This document shows positions 54,229 through 64,000 of a stretch of DNA of 64,000 bases, one piece after another. The stretch is from Seison nebaliae (taxonomy: Eukaryota). Below the pieces are notes generated by a model that made no database searches, had not been told where the DNA came from, and worked only from the letters and a program-made list of their open reading frames with translations. Each line of letters opens with the position of its first letter. Positions within the stretch are counted from its first letter, which is position 1. The stretch spans positions 1-64,000 of the forward strand of contig JALJEE010000692.1 of assembly GCA_023231475.1 (NCBI GenBank), read 5' to 3'. A program made the translations under genes and the position numbers.

Positions 54229-55532
54229 ATGTCTCATATTCAAAATAATAATGACAACGAAGAAGAGAAGGTGGACGATAGAGGTCTGGATCATGATTCA
54301 CCTACAATTGACAGCTCACAGACAATGATTGACGCTCTCAAGACTTTGGAAACCGGGTCAACCTCGGAGTCCAGCAACAAGAAGAACGTGAAACGTAGAA
54401 GAACGAAATCGACGATCCCAAGGAGCAATAGCCATGGCAGTACCGATAACTAATGTTAACGTAACTGGGTCTCCGGCAATAACCCAAACAACCAACGAGG
54501 CAATTGGTGAAACGAATTAGCAACGAACAAATCATGGCACCATTGCAGGCAACTGTCTCCTCATTTACGTATCTGAACGATTTCTCGAGTAAGTCTCTAT
54601 CGATCTTGGAAGAGATCGCGTCTTCATTAAAGACCGTCATCGCCAATCAAATGAAAATCTAATTATTTGAAGGACTCATCAACCAATGATAGAACTGCTG
54701 TTTCTTACCGGTCGAGTCTCGGTCGCATTTCGACTCTACACAACATGTCACCACGTATCACAAACAAAGAGAAGATCGTCAGTTCTCGACAAGACAAGAC
54801 GATGGTGTCTGCGAATCTGGCGAACATTCTATCGACTTATCTAACCAAATCTGCTCCCAAAAAACGTAAACGATCTTCCGTTACGGTGAAAACGAAAAAC
54901 CATGTGGTTGTCGAAGACCTACCCCATCATTCTGACATAATAACAATCATTCTTCCTCGCATTCTTTTTCGAAAGAGGATTCTCCTCCATATCGTATCAT
55001 CTATTTTCTTTCTTTTAACACACATGGCTCCACGAATCTTAGATCCTGCGTGCCTTTTTTCTCCGACCACTTCACTCTCTTGAGAGTATAGTTTTTTGCT
55101 CACATCGTTCATTTCTGTCAATGGGTCGGGCTTACAACCGGCTCATTAGGAGGATAATTTGCTGTTTCCATAGATGCAATCGTTCGCTACTTTTCGCCAC
55201 TGTCGGGCTACTTCCATTTCCAATTCTCTTTTGTTGTCGAGTCCTCTCTCTTATGGGCAAAACTTCCGACAACGAATTCCACTCATCATATATTTCGAAC
55301 ACATACTACTTTCGTTCTAACTCCATCTTTTCTGGATTATCTCACAATATTCATCTCGATGACTTTAAACAATCGATGTCAGATGCCAATAGATCGAGTA
55401 TCTCTTGCAGAGTTACAACACTTAATCGATGTCGGATACGATAAAAAATTCTTCTTTATCCCGGGGGAATTTTAATAAATAAGTAATAATAATAATAAAA
55501 AAAATTGTTAAATTCAAAGATTTATTTTTATG
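54229..55532 (+). mobile_element. Internally deleted LINE, copy 2 (ORF1-like 5' part + endonuclease start + 3' end)
   Basis: GC-richer broken ORFs at 54229-55000 and an APE-like FLSFNTHG at about 55005-55028. 55067-55532 then aligns closely with 48312-48825, including the same AATAAATAAG(TAA)n tail. Confidence 0.7.
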
Positions 55533-56019
55533 TCAATTTTACTTACAATCAAATTATTTTTGTCGCTTCTTACAAAGAAAGCCGTTTCTTTTGTCCTAGA
55601 TATAGGGATGTATTCAGTGTATCATAAATTTGCAATAAAAATTGTTTGTTTCAGATTTTTAAGCTGGTATTGAAATTAATTAATCGAAGGTTTCTTGCTA
55701 ATATCATGAAACTACAATAGTTAAGAATGATCATTGTAATATAATAGCATTGTTAGTAAAATCAATGTTAAGGACCGTACCTAAAAATAATTTTCAAGGA
55801 ATAATTAATTATATCAACTTTATATTAAGCAAAATTGATTGATAATTAATACAAAAGTCAAATAAAACCAAGAATAAAAACATATGTATAAAGTTAATTT
55901 AGAATTTATGAATGACTATTTCCAAATTCATTTGTCAAATATTTAATAGAAGAAAAGGCGAAAAAGATTAATTAAAAGTTATAAGAAATTTCTTAAGGAA
56001 AAATTGATTGATGAGATGA

Positions 56020-56763
56020 TTATCTTTTTTCATTCTTCAGATATCTTGGTGACCATTCGATATGTATGATCAGATTCTTCACACGGAAATTACTATAAAC
56101 GCTAATGGCTTTTTCTGCATCCTCTTTGGTACGAAAAGTGACGAAACCATATCCTCGACCAATTTTTGTAACACGATCTTGAACAACATAAGCACTTGAA
56201 GGACCTGAATCGAAGATGGATCGATCGAAAATATTCTTTAATTCCTCTTTTGTCATATCGAGAGGAATATTTGTTACTTTAATCGTATTTTCTGTTGTCT
56301 GATTTTTCGTTGAATTACCTGGCGCCATGTCACGATGAGCGACTTTACTGGGAACATAAACATCGCTACCACGCTTCTCATCTGTCTCGTCTTCTGGCAT
56401 TGCCAATGTACATTGTTTTGTGTAATGATTATCATTACAAATTCGACATCTAATTTTCTCCGGTTGACTGGAAACTGGTACATCTTGTTTTAGTGGAACG
56501 TGCGTCATTTCCATATTAACATCTTCGGTAGCAGAAACTTTTCCTGCCGTTTCCGTTTTTTTTGCATCACCAAATTTAGGCCATTTTCTCCTGTCAGCAA
56601 TCGGCTTCACGACAAGTTCTTTCGTCCGTTTTATAACTGTCGTCAATTTTAACTTCCGACTGTCTTTAACAATCTTTGCTGTTCGAATATACGTGTCTGT
56701 CTTATCATCATAAGTCTCTTTGACCAATGATGGATCTTTCAAAAATTCCGTCCAATCAACCAT
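56020..56763 (-). CDS. EIF3G: Eukaryotic translation initiation factor 3 subunit G, intronless
   Basis: IADRRKWPKFGDA, zinc knuckle CRICNDNHYTKQC, YVPS, and an RRM with TIKVTNIP and RGYGFVTF..EDAEKAI..LIIHIEWS. Confidence 0.9.
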   Translation of the reverse strand: MVDWTEFLKDPSLVKETYDDKTDTYIRTAKIVKDSRKLKLTTVIKRTKELVVKPIADRRKWPKFGDAKKTETAGKVSATEDVNMEMTHVPLKQDVPVSSQPEKIRCRICNDNHYTKQCTLAMPEDETDEKRGSDVYVPSKVAHRDMAPGNSTKNQTTENTIKVTNIPLDMTKEELKNIFDRSIFDSGPSSAYVVQDRVTKIGRGYGFVTFRTKEDAEKAISVYSNFRVKNLIIHIEWSPRYLKNEKR

Positions 56764-56925
56764 TTTATACTTTTGTTGTTAAAGAATTAAATAAATGAAA
56801 TGCTAAAACTTTAAAATAAAGTGGTAATAAAAGGTCGTTTGAAAATATAATTTTGTTTCTTTTTTTGTTAGAATAGATTTTTAGGGAATTAGAAAGTTGT
56901 TTTGCATTCGTCGATACATTTGTGC

Positions 56926-57572
56926 TTAACGACTATCAGTTGATGTAGCTTCAAAATTTGAGGGATGTTTCGAGTCTCGCACTAATACAGTGCAAATAAT
57001 TGCGGCGAATAACAATGTGAAAATTGCCATAACAAGCAGAGGAACATCGATCACATGTTTTCTCCGATCGGCCATTATCAATACTGATTTGCGAATGACG
57101 GGAAGTGGTTTAGCTCGTGCATCTGGAAATCGACCATAATCTAAATTGAACAATTCATTTATTGTACTATGTCTCTGGTATCGACAAAGAGGAGGTCGTG
57201 CAGTATTGCAATAATATTGTACGACTATTTCTTTTTTGCTACGAATAATTGGACATTTACTAATTCCACATTCACGTCCTGAAAAATTGTGAGATATTCG
57301 TTTAGTAATGATAATGAATTCTAACTAAATTCTGTATTGATAATGCCACCTTTAGTGATACATTCTACTGAACTAATTAATTTTCATAATATCAATTAAA
57401 CAATAACAATTAACGTTTGAAGGTTTAATTTGAAATTCAAGAAATCTAAACATTCCGTCGCTACTTGTCCATAAACATAAGTATCAAATTCTAAATAAGT
57501 TATCTCCTTTCCCGTCGTCATAACAACACAAATTACTATGAGAAAATAGAAAACTTTTTCATTTTTTCTCAT
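56926..57572 (-). CDS. Small single-pass membrane protein with Cys-rich ectodomain, 2-3 introns
   Basis: ATG 57572 MRKNEKVFYFLIVICVVMTTG (signal). Exons join in frame across GTTAAT..TAG and GTTAGA..CAG introns, with about 6 ectodomain Cys and TM VPLLVMAIFTLLFAAIICTVLV. Confidence 0.55.
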
Positions 57573-58286
57573 TTTCTGTTCATTACAATTTCTTACTCTA
57601 TTTCATATGAGAGATTAAATATATTTTAATTAACTAAAATTCAAATCAGAAACGTATATGGGATTTTTTGTATTAATTAATCATTCATGATTTCAATGAT
57701 GAGAATTGATAAATTTTATTTTTGAAAAAGAAAACGAAAAAAGTTTTATGTCTTCTTCAAGAGAAAGTTTTTATACCAAAAAAATGATTGAGGTAATTGT
57801 ATATAATACATAAATATTCACAAAATAACAAAAGGTTAAAAATGAAATTGAAAAAAAATGTCAAAAAATCGAAAGAACAAAATTGTGTGAAAAGGTGAGG
57901 AAGAGGTGAAATATGGGAATGAAATTATATTTTCTTTAAATATTCTAAAATCAGAAATATAATTGGAGATCAGTAGAAATTTATATTTTTCTGGATTTTT
58001 TTTATAACTTAAACTATTTATCGGAACCGATTTTATTCATTTAAAATCGCACAACGACATGGAATTTTTTTAGGTACTATTTTATTCAATTTGGTGTTTC
58101 ATTCAATTTGAAAAGTCGAAGGAGAAGTGACGGAAAACGATGATGAATAAAGTTGATCTACGTGCTGCTTTTGTATGGTTGTCGATGAATTGGAACAATT
58201 GGATAATTCTTCTTGATATTTCTTGTAAATATTAAACGTCGTAATGTGTATGTTAAGTGTTGACGGAAGCTTTTGATAATATATAA

Positions 58287-59952
58287 CTAGAAATTCATTA
58301 AAAGTCTTCTTATCGTCAATATGACCAATAGAAAGGTTATCATATGTGTCAAAGATATTGATGATATTCCATCACCACTATTAATAATTCGACTTCCTCT
58401 TAAATAATTTTTCGAAGCATCATCTTCCATGAAATTTTTCCGTTCTCCATCTAAAAGATATCGAAAAGTTAAATTAGTTATTTATTTTAGTTATTATACT
58501 AAATAAAGACCTTGTGTAAATATCGTAATAATTTCTTCCAATGTCGATACATCATTGGTAATACTGATTTTAATATCACGTGCTTCGTTCAATTTTTTTA
58601 TAGTTAAAATAGCTTTATATCGATCATTCTCTAAATTCTATTAGAAAATACAAAGTATATACAAAGTAAATTAGACTAAATGATAAAATTAAAAATTTAA
58701 CTTGTAGCACGGTAGAATATTCATTTCTAGCATCATTGGCATTTAATAATATGTCATCAATATTCCATTGAATTATCGGTTTAGTATTGCTCTCAAATAT
58801 ACATTCCACGGGCAAATCTTCACTACCCTTTGTGGCCCAAACAGGATCGCATTTCACAACTTTAGGGGAACCTTATTAGAAGTTATTATGAAAATAGAGA
58901 AAATGAACTACGAACTTAATACTTGAATTAATCTTGAGGAGCTGATATACGTCTCTCCATCTACTGAAGCACGACATGTCATTATCTTGTTGTGATATGA
59001 TCGATCAGCGATAAATGTTTCTGGTTTCGATTTGATGACTTTGGTAAAAAGTTGAATGTGTAAAGGTCCTTGTCCCTCCGTCACAAAATTTTCAAATCCA
59101 TTATTAAAATATTTCATGACATCAGTATTGCCGATGGTCATTCTGAAGGAGATAAATTGAAATTTCAATGAACATTTCAATAGTTGAATTCTAACTGGAA
59201 TTGTGGACGAGGATAAACATCTCGGACAGAACAATTCGTTTTCATTTCTTTTCCTTCTATTAATTTCACGACGGTGTTTGTGGCGTTCGTTTCGATAAAT
59301 TGATTTTCAAACGTCAATTCAACTGATTGAATTGGAACTGATAAAATAGAAAGAAAATTATGCTTGATTTTGTTTTAAAAAAAGTTTCACACAAACTTAT
59401 TACAACAATCAATTTTTTTTGTCGAGAATTTTCATCACCACCGAAAATTTCACAAGCATACCATCCAGCATCCTCAGCTCGAACATCTGTTAATTAAGAA
59501 GAATTCAATTTAATTAATAAGTGAAATTCAAAAACTTTTTATTATCAGTATTTGATTGAACGCTTTTTCATAAAACTCTTCTCTTATATCAAATCTTCCG
59601 GTACTTTCGAAAGGCTCGAGAATTTTCTTCCCCCGATTAATATCAGTCACTTCTTCAGCTATTAATGAAATAATTTAATATAAAGAATTGATAATAATAA
59701 AAGAGTTTAACCTTTATTTCCTGGAAAATATTTTCTCCAAACTAATGCTTTGCCAAATTCTGGATTCTCATAAATACATTCCAATTCAGTTTCATCACCT
59801 TGACTCAATAGAACTTTATCACCACCAGGTCGAACTATCAATGTATTTGCTGTAACACCGGCCATAGGTGGAATAAATTCAGCATTCTCAACATCATCGG
59901 ACAATGTTGTGGCAACGGTGCAGAATAAGATGAAGAATGAAAGAAAATTCAT
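58287..59952 (-). CDS. Immunoglobulin-superfamily cell-surface protein (about 3 Ig domains, GPI-type tail; lachesin/DIP/IgLON-like architecture), 7 introns
   Basis: Signal peptide, QGDETELECIY..ALVWRK, NVRAEDAGWYACE, NCSVRDVYPRPQF, IMTCRAS, PVECIFESNTKPIIQW, and a hydrophobic C-terminus before TAG 58287. All exons join in frame across short introns. Confidence 0.8.
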
Positions 59953-62900
59953 CTGGAAGGAATGAAGTTGACGAAATAATAATAGTTCGTGAATGAAATG
60001 TAGAAATAGTAAATGATGATGATGATTGAAACGTACAGAAGTTAGTTAGCAATAACAAATAGAAACGAAAAGAAGGTCATCGAATAGGATAGAAAATAAA
60101 AACGAAAAAAGAACACAAAGAAATATCGTAAAGTAAAATACCAATAAAGAAATCGATATTGATTCTCGTCGACGTTATATAGTTTAGGACGAAAGTAATC
60201 GAAAGAATGTCATTTCATGTCAATGATGATTGAATTGTGGAGGGATGAATACATAGGAAAAGAATGGTTACATGTTCATAAAATAATCAAGTTCAACCAA
60301 ATACACAGAAAGTCGGGTTAGCTGGCATAAAAAAAGAAAAGCGAATTTTAATTAGGAGTGAAGGTCCTAACTACCACGACTACCTCATATATTCTCCAAC
60401 TTGCGTAATATTAACAAGTATTTTAGTTTTATGTTTTGATAAAAAGACATCTGAAAAAATGAATGAAAAATTGATTGGAAGATATAAAGGAGATTTTATG
60501 GTCTTTTCATTTATTGAACACAATTGACATAGATGGCAATGTTATGTAAATGGATAATATATGCTAAGCGATGATATCATATTATGGATGGTAGAATTGA
60601 TTCATCGTGTTTTTATAGATGATTCCGATAAACATTAATAGAGGAAGATAAATTCATGAATGAGAATTTGAATAGAAGAGATTCAATTCGAATAGAATAG
60701 GAAGAGCAGAGAGATCGAATGGAAAAAGGAAGGAAAGTTATTTGATTGAATGGGTGATGAGATGAGAGAGTAAAGGTGAAGTTGAGTAACGTGTAAATGG
60801 AATATCAGACTGAATCTACTTAATCTGTAGCGGAAGTAAATCACATTAATTAACTAATTTTGTAGTTATTCTTCTATTTGATAGACATGGAAATTACCTA
60901 CGTTTCGTCAAGTATTAAGGTTGCTTTCGGTAAGCAGCTCAAAATGACTTTCCGTATATGTAAATATTATTTGGAAGGGAGGAGAGGTAGGAGATTGGTG
61001 AACACGGATGAATACATCCAATCAACAAGTTAATCTTCTAAATAAATATGAGGAATTTAAATTCATTTCATTGAAATCCTGAAATATTTCATGAGATTAA
61101 CTTATTACGGAATTGGGAATAATATCGATGTGAAGGAGTCGAATATTCTCTTACAAACATTTGAGAATTGACTATATAGTCGACGAATTTAATCGTTGTT
61201 GGGAACTCTTTATTAGAAAAAAATAATTATCGTTTCGAAGAAGAAGAAACGAAGATCAACAACTGGGAATGGAATGCGGTTTGACATCATCACAACTTCT
61301 GAAACTAAACTTGTCATCGCAATGATTAAAATCGAATTAAACACAAGTCAGTTTCGTCTTACTGATGTTATCATACTTCGACATCTCTCCAAAAAGTTTG
61401 CTGTCGATTGTTTCTTCTGTAATTGATTTTGATGAGAACATTTCTAAACAATAAGTAGAAAAAGAATGAAAAGAAAGCATTCCTCCATTCCTTTCCGAAT
61501 ATATTCCACCACAAACGTCAATTGTGAGAAAGAAGGAAGACGCGAGAAACTAACGTAAAAATTATAATGATTATGTTCTTGTTGTTTGGTGAATAATAGC
61601 GTCACATCTACATAATCATCGGACGCACCGCTTTTACTCATCATCGATGTCACATGGGAATTTGAACAAGAATAATAATAAAAAGTAGAAAAAGAAACAT
61701 GAAAGTTTAGGATGTACTAAGAAAATTCTTTTGAAAGAAAATTATTTATCTCCGTTTTTTCTTCTGTAATCAATTCCATTTCATTTCCATCAGATTGACG
61801 TCTCCAATTTCAAGAAAATTGAATAGGTGTAATGACTGGAAATCATTTCATTAAAACAATCATTCGAGGTGGTTTATAAATTTGATAATGATTTTCGTTC
61901 GTTCAAACATCAATTTACAAAGCGAGTGAAAGAATAATGGAATTATTGAAGAATGCAAGAAAAGTGAAATCGAATGTTGTTATTATGAGAAGAAAAGGAA
62001 ATAAACTTTCTTTCTATTTGTTTTCGCATGAAGTTTCTAATTAGCGGAAATGAGTAGGAATAGTATTATTACAAATTCTACATTCGACTTAAACAAATAA
62101 ATAAATAATTTTTGCTTTTGATATCTTCATGCTCTTTTTTTATCTTCAATCCATTTCCTTTCTTATCCTTACTCTTTTTATTATTTAAATATGATTCGAT
62201 TTCAGTTACTGAAATTACTTTAACGAAATTCCTCTTCAATTATCGAAGGTTCGAAAGAAAATGTAAAAAAGAAATTCCTTCTTCATTTCATTGACTGGTA
62301 GGATGATGGAGAGGAAGAATGATGGATGAATAATAATCGGTAATTGTTCTTATGAGAAATTCGACATTTCATTCCGGAATGATTGGTAATGATTCGTATT
62401 GATTACAAATTAATCTGGAAGAACCTTGACCCAATCGAGAAGATAGAAGAAAGTGGCTACTATTTAGACGTAGAAACAGCTCGATTTGAACTGATTACTG
62501 TTAGTGATTGGTGATGATATTGAGAGGGAATGTCATTTAGAATGAGACTTCCGGGTCAATGATTTATCTTTTCTTTTTTGAAATTTGTTATTCAACCAAA
62601 AAAATCTTTATTTCCATCATCTTGTTTGAAGATGAGAATTTTCTTCGATTACATTTCATGGTTTCGATATGATGAGGAATGATAAGAAAATGAATATCTC
62701 TAATATCTGGAAGAAAACATATTGTAGGTCTTCCACATTCTGTTATGACGGGAATTAAGGAAACGGTTTGGGAGTAACGTATGTCATTCTTTGTCGTTGA
62801 TTCTTTCCAAAAACATCGACTCCATTTGCTGTAAGAAAGTGTATGGTATTTGAATGGTATTACTTATTGGAATAAGATAGAATGCTTACTATGTATGTGC

Positions 62901-64000
62901 ACAATATTAGCAGGAACGATTATTTCATCATTAATATTATTTAAATGAGTTATGGAAGAGAATAAAAGAAAGTAGAACAGAATGACACTTCCGTTCTTCA
63001 GTCTGATGTCTTCCCTCAAATATTTCTCCTAGTAACTTTCCCGTACAGCTCTACCACACTGATGATTCAATCAATATATTATGTCATTGCGAGAAAGAAA
63101 TGTGCAAAGGAAGTTGTAGTATTGAAAGAAATCAATGCTTGATGAAAGTTGATGGAAATAAATTGGAGAAAGATTCATTAATTTCCATTTCCTTCTCCTC
63201 ATTCACATAAATAATAAATAGAATATTCTTCTATTGCTTCTAAATAAAATTATTGAATGGCACAATTTAGCTGATATTGGATGACAGATAATGAATAACC
63301 GCAAGAATAAAACCAGTTCAATTCGTACTATCAATATAGATGAAAAAGTTGAACGAAGTAAATTTACACTTCCTTCTTCGGTCTCCTCTACATCTCAACG
63401 AAAAATGGATGATAGAATTCCTCCTAATGATAATGCATTTCTTATAAATATTAGCAATTTCATTTGCATACTATTTACTTTCAATATCGCGTCTTGGTCA
63501 ATCAAAAACCAGTTCATCGTTTTTCCAATTTGAGGTAGATCAATATATTGCATTTCCATCACCATTCCATACTAATATTATTTATTGAGAAAAGTAAACC
63601 GGAGATTTAATATTAGATAATTCTCCCATAAATTCAATTAAGGACAATGAACGAGTGAGATTCGGTATGAAAAAAGTGAATTAATCAATTTGTAAAGTAT
63701 TTCAATAGAAAACAGAAATAATGAAAGAAAATAGTGTACCATTATTTGTTTGTCTAAGGAACAACTGGACAATGGTCATTTCTATAAAATAGATGACATT
63801 ATCATGAAACGATCGATTGATAAGAATATAAAGTGAAAGAGATTATTATAGTATGAAGAATAAATGTATGACTATAAATTATGACAAATTAAAAAAAAAG
63901 TGGTAAAATTCTAGAATCTAGATGTTAATTCATTTTGGGAGGTGCTTCCCAATAACTTTTGTTTCATGTCGGAACTTCCGAGTTCTCTCATAGTCGCTGT

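Noticed and set aside
60000..64000. Short ORFs upstream of the Ig gene
   Set aside because: Low-complexity F/I/L-rich translations typical of AT-rich non-coding DNA. No RNA gene was recognised by eye here or elsewhere in the window.

Overview
AT-rich, gene-dense nuclear DNA from a compact animal genome (species not identifiable from sequence), standard genetic code. I reconstructed about 16 protein-coding genes by hand: CFAP221, HMG-CoA reductase, an LRR surface protein, RhoA, a small EGF-domain protein, a GPR158/179-like class C GPCR, an unknown protein, MED22, CHMP3, ANAPC2, two inverted paralogs of a highly divergent SLC7/CAT-like membrane protein with long coiled-coil tails, a TM-RING protein, a truncated XMAP215/CKAP5-like TOG protein, eIF3G, a small Cys-rich membrane protein and a GPI-anchored 3-Ig protein. 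There is also an Mps1/TTK-like kinase pseudogene, a decayed DDE transposase and LINE remnants. The most striking signal is the intron system. Inferred introns are 42-64 nt, and about 50 of about 56 have GTT donors instead of the usual GTA/GTG, mostly without +5G. All 16 introns pinned by conservation in RhoA, HMGCR, CHMP3 and GPR158 are GTT. Acceptors are often AAG, and near-canonical donors lying inside exons appear to be ignored. This suggests a shifted 5' splice-site code, possibly with a divergent U1/U6 or length-based intron definition. All gene models and counts are manual and need RNA-seq confirmation.
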